64,000 bases of DNA from the NCBI RefSeq assembly GCF_964194155.1, contig NC_135901.1:34162001-34226000 (forward strand). Direction: 5' to 3'. The stretch comes from Cetorhinus maximus. Lineage: Eukaryota. This document shows, piece after piece, positions 51,090-62,640 of the stretch. How positions within the stretch are numbered: position 1 is the stretch's first letter; every line of letters starts with the position of its first letter. The translations under genes were made by a program, and so were the position numbers. A model generated the notes under the pieces. It saw only the letters and a list, made by a program, of their open reading frames with translations. It did no database searches and was not told where the DNA came from.

Positions 51090-51400
51090 TCTTTGTGCAT
51101 TTCCAGTCACACTGATAACTGAAATCTTTTCCCACAAACAGAGCAGACAAACCTTTTTCCTTCCACATCGAGGTCCGATGATATTCAGGTCCTGAGGAAT
51201 CGAGTGACTTTGTCAGATCTTGATGTGATGTTTGGTTTGAGTTTTCCCGTTTGTAAACCATGCCTATTTAATATGGAGATTATAAAAAAATCCATCCCTG
51301 TCGGTCCAGGATAGAAATTAAGAGACAAACATTTCTCTGGGTTTGAGTTTGCTGTGTGTAAATCCTCCCCTTCTAACCCCCTGTAAAAGGAGTTTCCAAA
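51090..51400 (-). pseudogene. ZNF exon-start relic, head-to-head with the 54290 gene
   Basis: ENSNQTSHQDLTKSLDSSGPEYHR...VCGKRF-type leader; duplicated acceptor module as at 45776-46070. Confidence 0.68.
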
Positions 51401-51559
51401 CACTCGGTGTAAACTGGGCTCCGGGAGTTTCTAATCCGGGTTTGGGGTCCTACACCGGGTGTTTGTGAATCCTCCCAGTCCCCCCTCCGGCTCCATTCCT
51501 CTCCTGCACTCGACCCTTTCTCACCCGCTGGACTTTCAACCTGACAGCTTTCATCCTGA

Positions 51560-52075
51560 TCCCGCACCGGTACCGCGCATGCTTCGCTTCAACTCGTTCC
51601 CGCCCCTTCTTCACTCCGATTGGTCGGAGGACCGGCGCCTCTCTTTCGGTCTTCCAAAGCCGCTTCCCTCTTCCTATTGGTCCGGAGCTGCCGTCAATCA
51701 TTTTGAGCTGGAGCATGCGCAGTGCGTGCAGAGAAAGACGGTGAGAGAGCTCGAGCGAACGGATTTAAAATGCGAATTTTGGAAAGGTCGAGTGCGCATC
51801 CGGAGCCGAAAATGAACACGTGAACATGGATAGGGCCGTCGGGTTGGTGCGGAAGCTTCCTCAACTTATGCTGTCGGCCCCAAACCCTTAATAAGAGCCA
51901 TTGCTCCCGCGTTTCACGAAGCGAGACGACAGTTTAGGCCTTTTTCCGGAAGTAAATCCTTGGTAACGACCGCCATGTTTGTGGGGGGCGATGAGCGACA
52001 GAGCGCATGTGCGACCAGCATCTTTGTGAGGGGCAATGCCCAATGAGGGGAATGTGTGGCCGCCATCTTTACAGT
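51560..52075. promoter_or_regulatory. Class II CpG-island promoter with 3x YY1-NRF1 units
   Basis: Paralogous to 25400-25870; GATTGG at 51618, TATTGG at 51675, GCATGCGCAG at 51713; CGCCAT(G/C)TT-like units near 51969, 52014 and 52059. Confidence 0.75.
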
Positions 52076-52184
52076 GGCTGCAAACCCGGATGAATGACCC
52101 GCAGAAGGGACAATAAATCAGAGATAGAGTTTGGTGTGAAATCAATGGGTTGTTGTAAAACAGGAGATCAGGGTAACAGTCAGA

Positions 52185-53450
52185 AATAACAACAGCTTTT
52201 ATTAACATCATAAATCATCCCAGTGAGCTTCACAGGGAAATTATAAAACAAAGTGTGACAGCCAGACACAGAAGGAGATATTAGGGCAGGTGACCAAAAC
52301 CTTGGGCAAAGAGGTTTCAGGAGAGTTTTAAATAGTCGCTTGGTTGTACAGAACTTTAGTATTACTGAAAAAAGAGACATGCTGTGGAAGCTTTTCAACT
52401 TGCACTCATCAGGACAGATGCAAGAATCCCAAATTTCAAAGAGAGCAACAATATTTCTGCATGAAAGAAGGGTGCTGATTGGTTGGCCTGTCAGTTCTGA
52501 TTGTTCGTTGCCATGGAGAATACAGCAGGGAGCTATTGTCGCCTGTGCTTTTGTTTAATTCAACAAAAGGCCCTGTGCCTGGACATGTTCCTTCTGCCTG
52601 CAGAGGACAGGTACCTGTGTATTAATATATGAAGCTCCCAGCAAGTGTAAGTGAGACGCATTATGAACCCGACTGATAACTTTGATATTTGGTGTTCTTG
52701 CATCTGTCCTGATGAGTACAAGATAGAAAGTTTTGACGGAATGTCTCTTTTTATCAATACTCAAATCTCTTGAAGGAGGAAAGTGTGGTAGACAGGAAGA
52801 GGTGTAAGGAGAGAATTTCAGAGCTTGGGGACAAGGAAATAAAGGCACGGTCACTAATGGTGGAGCGATTAAAATAGGGAATGTAGAAGGCCAGAATTAC
52901 AGCAATACAGATATCTCAGAGTGCTGTGGGGCTGGAGGAGATTACAGAGATAGGGAGGGGTGAGGCCATGGAGGTATTTGAAAACAAGGATGAGAATTTT
53001 AAAACCAAGTTGCTGCTTGTCAAGGCAGGTCAGGAAGCAGAGGGGTGTTAGAGGAAATGCCCTCACTGCAAGTGAAGACACAGGCAGCAGATATTTGGAT
53101 GGCTTCCAATTTACGGAGGGAAGAATTGTGGGAGACCAGCCAGGAGTGTGTTGGAATAGTCGAGCCTGGAGGTAACAACGGCAGCGATAAGGGTTTCAAG
53201 CAGCAGATGCACTGAGACAGGGTGAGGTTGGGGGATGATACAGGGGTAGAATCTGGAGATCTTAGTGATGGCACAGATATGAGGTCAGAAACTCATCTCA
53301 AGATCAAGTGTAACACTGAGGTTGTGAACAGACAGGTTTAATCTCAGTATGTTCCCAGGGAGAGAGATGGAGTTGATATCTGGGAAATGGAGATTGGAGC
53401 AGGGACTGAAAACAGTGTCTTCAGTCTTCTCAGTGTTTAATTGGGGTTAA
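52185..53450 (-). mobile_element. L2 LINE 3' region in the intron of the 54290 gene
   Basis: FKILILVFKYLHGLTPPYLCNLL peptide; interrupted by the 52358-52761 element. Confidence 0.75.
52358..52761. mobile_element. Inverted-repeat element (second Penelope-like family) with a hammerhead motif in each arm
   Basis: Arms about 52358-52441 and 52680-52761; CTGTC-CTGATGA-GTGCAAGTT-GAAA-AGCT-TC-CACAG (minus, 52417-52382) and CTGTC-CTGATGA-GTACAAGATA-GAAA-GTTTT-GACGG (52704-52739). Confidence 0.72.
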
Positions 53451-54289
53451 TTAGTCATCAGGAAGAGAAGCAGTAACCAGAATGGGCCATGAGACCGATC
53501 CCAGGTTTACCTCAGTTAGAGAGGGAGAGAAGGAAGGAAGGGAAACCCTGGGAGGTTTGGAGAAACCACCTTCACAATCACTCATTAAATCTCCACACAG
53601 TAAGTTTTGGACACAAGGTTAACGTCTGCTATTCTGCCTGGTCGGTCAGGGGGCTTCAGATTCATGTTTTGTCAGGAGTAATGACTGAAGTGAATGATCA
53701 GACATATTGTTATCTCCAGTTGTAGAAATTTGTTAAAAAGATACAGAAAGAATTGTGCAAAACTCTGTTTGGATTTCAGCACAGGGAGGAGGGAGAGTGT
53801 GTGGGACGGGGATTTGCAGCTTTGGAGGAACAAGAGAGGAAATAATGTGACATAGAAACTAGAATTGTCTGCTCTGAATTTCTATCCTGTTCTTAGAGTG
53901 ATGACTTTTGTAAACTCCTTTTACAGGGTATTGAAAGGGGAGAATTTGCAGGCGGGAAACTCAAACCAAACATCACATCAAGATCTGACAGAGTCACTCG
54001 ATTCATCAGGACCTGAATATCATCGGTCTTTGAATCTGTGAGAAATGTTTGTCCCTTTTGCCTGGAGGGAAAGATTTCAAACATCAGTGTGACTGGAAAA
54101 GCACCGAGACACAAACACACCCAAGTGAGAGTGTTCCAGTGAACTGACTGTGGAAAGAGCTTTAACCAGTTACACAGCCTGAATAAACATCACACCATTC
54201 ACAGCGGGGAGAAACTGTACACGTGTTCTGTGTGTGTGGATGAGGCTTCAACTGATCATCCAACCTGGAGACACAGGGACACCCGCACC

Positions 54290-55216
54290 ATGGAGAAACC
54301 GTGGAAATGTGGGGACTGTGGGAAGGGATTCAATTGTCCTTCCCATTTGGAAACCCATCGACGCAGTCACACTGGGGAGAGACCATTCACCTGCCCTGAG
54401 TGTGGGAAGGGATTCACTCAGTCATCCCAACTTCTAACACACCAGCGGTTACACACTGGAGAGAGGCCGTTCACCTGCTCTGAGTGTGGGAAGCGATTCA
54501 CACAGTTATCCAGCCTACTGAGACACCAGCCAGTTCACACTGGAGAGAGGCCATTCACCTGTCCTGAATGTGGGAAAGGATTCACTGGGTCCTCTGACCT
54601 GCTGAAGCACCAGCGAATTCACACTGAGGAGAGGCCGTTCAGCTGTACTTCCTGTGGAAAGAGATTCAGGTCTTCATCCAACCTGTTGAGACACCAGCAA
54701 CTTCACACTGGAGAGAGGCCGTTCACCTGCTCCGAGTGTGGGAAGAACTTCACTCAGTTATCCAACCTTCTGACACATCAGAGGGTTCACTCTGGAGAGA
54801 GACAGTTCACCTGCACAGTATGTGGGAAGGAATTCACTGGGTCCTCTGACCTGCGGAAACACCAGCAAATTCACACTGAGGAGAGGCCATTCAGCTGTAC
54901 TTCCTGTGGAAAGAAATTCAGGGCTTCATCAAACCTCAATGTACATCAACGAATTCACACTGGGGAGAGGCCGTTCACCTGCTCCGAGTGTGGGAAGGGA
55001 TTCATTCAGTTACCCAACCTGTTGAGACATGAGCGAGTTCACACTGGAGAGAGACCATTCACCTGCTCCGAGTGTGGGAAGGGATTCACCCAGTTATCCC
55101 ACCTGCTGACACACCAGCGAGTTCACACGGGAGAGAGACCATTCACCTGCTCCGAGTGTGGGAAGGGATTCACTCAGTTATCCAACCTCCAGTCACACCA
55201 GCGAGTTCACAAGTGA
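54290..55216 (+). CDS. C2H2 zinc-finger protein, 11 fingers, 308 aa
   Basis: ACCATGG start, [10 protein letters not shown]...HQRVHK*; uninterrupted; probable acceptor TTTTACAG ending near 53926. Confidence 0.9.
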   Translation: MEKPWKCGDCGKGFNCPSHLETHRRSHTGERPFTCPECGKGFTQSSQLLTHQRLHTGERPFTCSECGKRFTQLSSLLRHQPVHTGERPFTCPECGKGFTGSSDLLKHQRIHTEERPFSCTSCGKRFRSSSNLLRHQQLHTGERPFTCSECGKNFTQLSNLLTHQRVHSGERQFTCTVCGKEFTGSSDLRKHQQIHTEERPFSCTSCGKKFRASSNLNVHQRIHTGERPFTCSECGKGFIQLPNLLRHERVHTGERPFTCSECGKGFTQLSHLLTHQRVHTGERPFTCSECGKGFTQLSNLQSHQRVHK

Positions 55217-55737
55217 CTGCAGGGGCTGGATTCTGCTGTTATGGTTGCTGTTAATCACAGCCAGCACTGAACCATATTCATTTGGGCAGTTGGGGTTTGC
55301 TTCTGCTGATGTTAATAATCCCTGTAACTGGGCTGGAGTTTAATATTCTGGATCTACAGCTGATTGTGTTCTCGGGGCTGCAGTGCCCCTTTAAGAACTG
55401 CTGTCTCTGATCTGTCCCCATAATTCATGAACTTAAATCAGAAATTAGTTTACAACAAGATTCTGAACTTTTATTTCAATCCTAAATTGATCTTTGGTAC
55501 AAACTCTACAATTCAGTGTCTGAGAGGTTCCACTGATTAACATCTCCAATTAGAAAGTGCTGATTAATCCTTGCTGACAATTCTTACTGACTTGCACATT
55601 ACTCACAGTGACACCTCCATTATCCATCAGAAAGAAGGGGAATGGGAATTGGTGGAGAATCGAGAGTTACCCCTCCCGCGTGGTACAGAAATCCCCTCGG
55701 CACGGGAATGGAGACAAGTTCAATCCAACTAACGGAC

Positions 55738-57120
55738 TGTAAGTAATCACTGCCTAATAAAAATCTTCAGAAATGTATGGAATATTATAAGAATTGCTCA
55801 CTCTCTCTGTTGTGAAGAAAGCCTCCTTGGCAGCTTGCTGGCTGACAAACACAGGACAGGCCTGTTATCTCTGCCAAGGACATGTCTCTAGCACAGGCCC
55901 TGAAAGGATTGGATCTCATGACCCATACGTAAACCTACTGTCTGTGTAAAGGTTAAGACAGGCTCTTGAGAGCACAGAGATTTTGAGGTGATCCACACTG
56001 GCTTCAGCCCAACACTCACGTTCTGGCTCACACCAGTTAACCGTTCAGAGGAGACTGACACCACCAGCTACAGAGACCAGCACTCACTCTGTGTCATCCG
56101 TCCGTTTGTCCTCCGGGACCAGTAAATTGTTTTCATCTGTCACAGGTCGTGTGTTTTTCCTGTCTATTTAGCTTTCGCATCATATGTTACTTCTAATAAA
56201 CTACTTTAAAGTCATTCCTGAGCTCCCGAACCCAAATCTTACAAGTTAGGAATGGGATCAGAGTGATCAGGATCATAGGCTTGAGAAGCAACACACTTAT
56301 TTCAGTGTGAGTGGAGAAGTTCCTAAGTGAAGCCAGGAGTCCACAATGGCATTGACACATCACAGGGAGCGACTGATAGATAGTCTGACAGAGAAAACAG
56401 GCGGGCCGGGGATGAGAGACGGGGAAGAGTGTGACCGGGATTACGAGTATATCCTCAATAGGATTTCTAAAGAGGGTCAGGAAGGACCGATTAAGTTGAA
56501 GAAGGTCTAGAATCAGTTAGAAAATATCCACAAGATGGATGCAGGTGAACAGAGAGCTGGAGAATCTTTAAAGTCCGTGCATGAACTTTTGTTTGAACCA
56601 GATGTATTTACGACATGTCAATAATTTAGATTGTGTGAGATGATCGGCAGGTGGGGAGGATGAATCTAAGTTGATAGTTATCACATTTTAGAGGAAACAT
56701 TTTGACATTTATTCTTGGTGGCAGCTCGAGGGTTTGTGTTGCTGACTATGATCATTCTAGAAGCTTTAGTATGTTGTCTATGGTTTGTCATCAAAAAATA
56801 AGGAAAACAAACTTGTACCTTAGAAATAACGAGGTTAGTCAGAAATCAGTTGTGAGAAGTCAATAAGGATTTTCCCTTCTCAAGGTGGGGAGATCTGTGA
56901 GAAATCACTGTCCAATAACCTTATAAAATCTTCAGAAATGTATTGAATATCTCTTTCCCTCTCATGAAGAAAGCTTCCTGGGTTGAGAAACACAGGACAG
57001 TGAGGCCTGTTTCTCTGCCAAGGACATGTCTCTGGCACAGACCCTGAAACAAGACAAGCTTGATAGGGTGGGGGGAACTTATGACCCATATGTAAACCAA
57101 CTGTCTGAGTAAAGGACAAA
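55738..57120 (+). mobile_element. Internally deleted LTR retroelement relic
   Basis: TGTAAG...AATAAA...CTTACA (55738-56243); a second related LTR starts TGTGAG at 56896 after purine-rich AAGGTGGGGAGATC. Confidence 0.6.
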
Positions 57121-57519
57121 CAGGATGTCCCAGCAATGATGAGCCACAAAAAGACTTCATGGACTTCCAATGGAAATAGGAGGGGTTACTTTGAATATCT
57201 GTCCCTTGCTAATGGACAATTGAATAATTGATTAACATGAGACCCCCAGAAATGAGATATATAAACTGGCTTTCGAGAGAGAAAATAACATCAGACAGTG
57301 AAGAGCTTCTTGAAGTGATCCCTCATTCCATCCACATGCTCCTGTTCACTGGAACTGTGAGAGACAAGATTGTAGATGTGGCCTAATGTACAATGAATGA
57401 TGAGTTTAATAGTGGAAAGTTCCACTCAAGCCCCTGAACCAACAGACAGTTGCCATGGCCACTGAGTGCGCTCTGCACATGTGTGAACTCTGAACTTGTG
57501 CAGAGTGATCAGTCCAAAT

Positions 57520-58150
57520 CACTTTGGAAAGTTACTTATGGATCTGCTTCCACCAGTCATTCAGACAATGTGTTCCAGATCGTCAGAACTCACTGAGTAA
57601 AATAATCTCTCCTCATCTCCATCCTGGATTCTTTGCCAATTATTTTAAAGCTGTGTTCTGTGGTTACCAACCATCCTGCCAGTGAAAACAATTTCTCCCT
57701 GTGTAGATGAAAACTCCTCAAAAATCTCTGCACCTCTATCAAATCACCCTTTAACCTTCTCTGCTCTAAAGAGAACAATCCCAGCTTCTCCAGTCTTTCC
57801 ACAGAACTGAAACCCCTCACCACTGATAGCATTCTGGGAAATTTTCTCCACACCATCTCCAAGGCCTTGACATCTTTCCTAAAGTGTGGTGCTCAGAATT
57901 GAACACAATACTTCAGCTGAGGATTGTCAGTGATTGATAAAGATTCAGGATAACTGCCTTGCTTTTGTACTCCATGTCTCCATGAATAAGCCGAGGACCT
58001 CATTAGCTTTTTATTAAACAGCTTGATCAGCTTGCCCTGTCACATTCAAAGATTTGTGTTCATACTCTCCCAGGTCATTCTGTTGCTGCACTCTGTTTAA
58101 AATTGTACCATTTAGTTTATTCTGCCTCTCCTCATTCTTCCTCCCAAAAC
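57520..58150 (-). mobile_element. Old CR1 3' fragment
   Basis: ERLEKLGLFSLEQRRLKGDLIEV peptide. Confidence 0.75.
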
Positions 58151-58559
58151 ATATCATTGACTGTGAATCACTTTGGGATGTTCTGAGGGTGTGAATGAAG
58201 CAGAAAGAGAACGTGAATTTTCTTTCTCTTCTGCAGTTGATTTAAAGTTGCAGATTTTGTTCCAAAGTTCACTATTTTACTGCAGAAACAACTTCAGCTG
58301 GGAGTCAGTGAATTAAGAGGAAAGATCCCAGACAGTATTTCTTCAAAGTACACTGCAGGCCCGACAGCTCAATCAGCTCCACTCTCAGCTCAGGAGAGCT
58401 CAACAACTCCACATCCTGTCCACAGGGGAGTTCTCCTGGTGCAGTGGGACCAACATTCGTGTTTTAATTAACAGCACCGAAAAAAACTGGATTAATCAGT
58501 TAGTCTGATTGCTGTTTGTGAATTCTTACTGTGCACAAACTGGCTGTTGTGAAACAGCA

Positions 58560-60070
58560 ACAACTTGTATTTAGAAAACACGTTTAATGTAATAAAATGT
58601 TCCAAAGTTCTTCAGAGGAGTTTCAGAAAGAAAATTCTGACAGCGAGTCACATGGGGAGATAGGGTAAATGGACAGAACCTTGATTGGAGAGGCAGATTT
58701 TAACAAACATCTTTAATCAGGAGAGAGGTGGAGAGGTTTAGGGAGGAGATTTAAGAGCATCATAGGTAGGCACGGCCACCAATGGTGGAGTAATTAAAAG
58801 CAGGGATGTTCCAGACGCCAGGATGAGAAGAGTGCAAATATCTCAGAGGGTTGTGTAGCTGGAGGTTACAGAGATAGGGAGTGACGAGACCATGGAGGGA
58901 TTTGAAACAGGATTCCAAATTTTAAAATGGAGGCACTGCTGGACCAGGAGCCAATGTAGATCAGTGAGCACAGGGCTGATGGGTGAAGGGGACTTGATGT
59001 GAGAAAGCTCACAGTCAGCAGAGTTTTGGATGATCTCACGTTTCCGTGTGGATACAGAGTGAATGCGAGGGGTAGGCCAAGAATGTATTGGAATGATCAA
59101 GTCTAATGGTAACACGGACATGGGTGAGAGTTTGAGCAGCAGATGAGCTGGGTGTGGAGTGGAGACAGACGACGTTATGGAGATTGAAATGTCTGGTATT
59201 AGTGATGGTGTGGATATGTGGTCAGAAACTCATCTTGGGGGCAAATATAACATCAAAATTGTGAACAGTGTAGATCAGCCTCAAACACTTCCCAGGGAGA
59301 GGGATGGACTCAGCAGTTAGGGAATGGAATTTGTAGTGGTGGCTAAGGACAATGGCTTTGGTCTTCCCAATTTTTAATTGGTGGAAATTTCTGCTCATCC
59401 AGTACTGGATGTGGGATAAGCAGTTTGATAATTTAGTAAAAGTGGAGGAATGGAGAGGGATGGTGGTGAGGTAGAGCTGGGCGTTGTCAGTGTACATGTG
59501 AAAACTAACATGGTGCTTTTGGATGATGTCACCTCGTGGCAGCATGTAGATGAGAATTAGGAGGGGCCAAGGATAGATCCTTGGGGGACACCAAGTACAA
59601 GGACTTTGGAGAGGAACGGGAGGTTGGAGCTGGGGCAGTTGTTTGCAAAGATGGTGGGGGGGGGGTCACAGGTTGTTTTGTTAGGATGGGTGATTACGGT
59701 AGATTTAGAGGTGAGAAAGACAGTAACAGAAGAGAGAGAGCCATTAACAATATCAGCAAACGTGGAGAAGTTGAATGGTCAGTAATTTAGTGAGAATAGG
59801 GTTGATGGAGCACAAGGCGGGTCTCATGGACAAGTTGAGCACTGAGGGGGCATAAGGGGAGATGGGAGAGAAACTGGAGAAAGACGTGGGTTCAGGGCTC
59901 AGACAAGGGGGAATTTTAGAGACAGTTTGTCCTGGTGGGCTAGTGGAAGGGAGGGAAGCAGCAGAGGCAGCTGATGGGATTGTCTCAATCTCAGTGACAA
60001 AGAAGCTCCATGAGCTCCTCACACTTGTTGTTTGAAGTGGGGATGGAGGAGGAAGAGGAGAGGGAGAGCC
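58560..60070 (-). mobile_element. L2 LINE, decayed RT and 3' end
   Basis: GVPQGSILGPLL, FHMYTDNAQLY, WMSRNFHQLKIGKT, ISPVLTDLHWLLVQQ. Confidence 0.85.
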
Positions 60071-60273
60071 CTTCAAAAGGAACTAAGTTGTGTTAGAGCT
60101 ATTAAAAAGATTCAGCACAGTGTGCTCAACACAAAGCTGATTTATTTGACTTTATCCAGAATATTAACACCTATAACTGGGCTGGAGCTTATTAACATCA
60201 GCAGAAACAGACCCCAATGAACATGGTTTCGTTCTGAATGTGACAAACAGAAAAATCTACTCAATGTTACGAG

Positions 60274-60891
60274 TTACTTGTGAACTTGCTGGTGCCTCAG
60301 CAGTGCAGATGACTGAGTGAATCTCTTCCCACATTTGGAGCAGGTGAAAGGCCTCTCCCCAGTGTGAATTCGCTGGTGCACAGTGAGGTTAGCTGATTGC
60401 CTGAACCCAGTCCCACAGTGAGAGCACCTGAATGGTCTCTCGTCAGTGTGAACACGTTGATGGGACATCAGTTCCCTGGAACTTTTGTAGCACTTCCCGT
60501 AGTCTGGATATTTAAAAAGTTTCTCCCCAGTGTGAACTTGCTGGTATCTCAGCAGATGAGATGACCGAGTGAATCCCTTCCCACACTGGGAGCAGGTGAA
60601 CGGTCTCTCCCTTGTGTGAAGTTACTGGTGTTGTAGCAGCCCTGATGATCAGGTGAACTCCTGCCCACACTCGGGGCAGGTGAACAGCTTCTCCCCGGTG
60701 TGAACTCGCTGGTGTGCCAGCAGGTTGGATGATTGAGCGAATCCCTTCCCACATAGGGAGCAGGTGAACGGTCTCTCCCCAGTGTGAGTGCACCGATGAG
60801 TTTCCAGCTCAGACGGGAATCTGAATCCCATTCCACAATCCCCACATTTCCACAGTGTCTCCCCACTGTGAATGCTGCTTTGTCCGTCCAT
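60274..60891 (-). pseudogene. C2H2 zinc-finger pseudogene, MEGK subfamily
   Basis: ATG at 60891 ([16 protein letters not shown]); premature TGA at 60649 in finger 3 and further disruption; ends HQQVHK* at 60274. Confidence 0.85.
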
Positions 60892-61091
60892 GTTCAACAG
60901 GGTGACTTCGTCAGATCCCGATGTGATGTTTGGTTTCAGTTTCCCGACTGCAAATCCTCCCCTTCTATTACCCTGTGAAATTGATTTTAAACAGAAAAAA
61001 GGGAGTGAGAGAGAACCCACAAGAACACAAAGGCAGGTTGTGAAATTTAGCTGAATGAATCTGGGAATTTGTGGGGCCGGCACGAGGAAAA

Positions 61092-62640
61092 AGTGACCAT
61101 GAAAACTGCTGGATTGTTATAAAAATCCAACTGGTTCACTAATGTCCTTCAGGGAAGGGAACCTGCCACCCGGTCTGGGCTACACAAGACTCTGGCCTCA
61201 ATAAGAACAGAAGAAACAGGAACAAGAGAAGGCCTAACACCCCGTGGAGCCTGCTCCACCATTCAATACGATCATGGCTGATCTGGGGCTTCAACTGCAC
61301 TTTCCCACCCACTCTCCATATCCTTCGACTCCCTGAGAGACCAAAAATCTCTCCATCTCAGCTTGAAATATATTCAATGATAGAGCATCCACAACTCGCT
61401 GGACTGGAGAATTCAATGTGGCAGAGAGAGAAGGGGAATAGGAGAGAACAAGAAAGAGAAAGGCGGAGTGGGAGAGAGAGAGAGTGAAGGGGAGTGGGAG
61501 AGAGAGAGAGGAGGGAGGGAGAAGGGGAATGTGAGAGACAGAGAGAGAAGGGCAGTGGGAGAGAGAGAGAAGGGGAGTGGGAGAGTCAGAGAGAGAAGGG
61601 GAGTGGGAGAGGCAGAGAGAGAAGGGCAGTAGGAGAGACACGTGGTGAGGGGCGGGTTTTTATAACCCCACGACTAAACCAGAACTTGATTTAATCTCCT
61701 GAACCACTAACCTTCACCCCCTGGAAGGACCAGGGTAGCAGGTGTATGTGAACACCATCACCTCCAAGTTCCCCTTCCTGACTTGTCTGACACCCAGTAC
61801 TGGATGAGCAGAAATTTCCTCCATTTAAATATTGGGAAGATTGAAGCCATTGTCTTCAGTCCCCGCTACAAACTCCACTCCTTAGACACTGATTCCATTC
61901 CTCTCCCTGGCAACTCTCTGAGACTGAACCAGACTGTTCACAACCATGGTGAAATATTTCACCCCAAGATGAGCTTCCAACCACATATCCACATCATCAC
62001 TAAGACCGCCTATTTCCACCTCAGTAACATCGCCCGACTCCAGCCCAGTCTCAGCTCATCTGCTGCTGAAACTCTCATCCTTTCCTTTGTTATCTCTAGA
62101 CTTAACTATCCTAACACATTCCCGGCCGCCTCCCACATTCAACCTCCCTGTAATCTTGAGGTCATCCAAAACTCTGCTGCCCGTGTGCTTACTCGCACCA
62201 AGTCTTCTTTGCCCATCACCCCTGTGCTCATTGACCTACAAAAGCTTCTTGGTTAAGAAGCACCAAAATGTAAAAATTCCCACCCCTATTTTCCAATTCC
62301 TGTATGGCTGCTCCCTGTTGCTGGAATCTCCTCTAACATCACAACCCTCTGAGATACCTGCGCTCCTCTAATTTGGCCTCCTGAGCATTCCTGATTTTTA
62401 TTCTTCCACATTTGTGCCCATTCTGTCAGTTTCCAAGGCCCCAAGTTCTGGAATTCACTCCCTGAACCTCTTCCTCTCTACCTCATTTTCCTCCTTTAAT
62501 TTACTCTGTAAAACCCACCTCTTTGACCAAACGCTTGGTCACCTGCCCTAATATCTCCTTCTGTAGCTCAGTGTCAAACTTCGCTTTGCAACATTTCTGT
62601 TGAACGTTGTCTTACATTAAAAGTGCTATATAAATTGTTG
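61092..62640 (+). mobile_element. Shared TE stack (SINE, Zenon, L2) with a nested CR1 tail (61200-61410, minus) and an expanded GA-rich tract (61420-61640)
   Basis: L2 peptide SDTQYWMSRNFLHLNIGK...QNSAARVLTRTK; same junctions as the paralogues. Confidence 0.8.

Noticed and set aside
61420-61640. E/R/G-rich and S/L/P-rich ORFs
   Set aside because: Low-complexity GA-rich simple repeat, an expansion of the GA tract in the shared TE stack.
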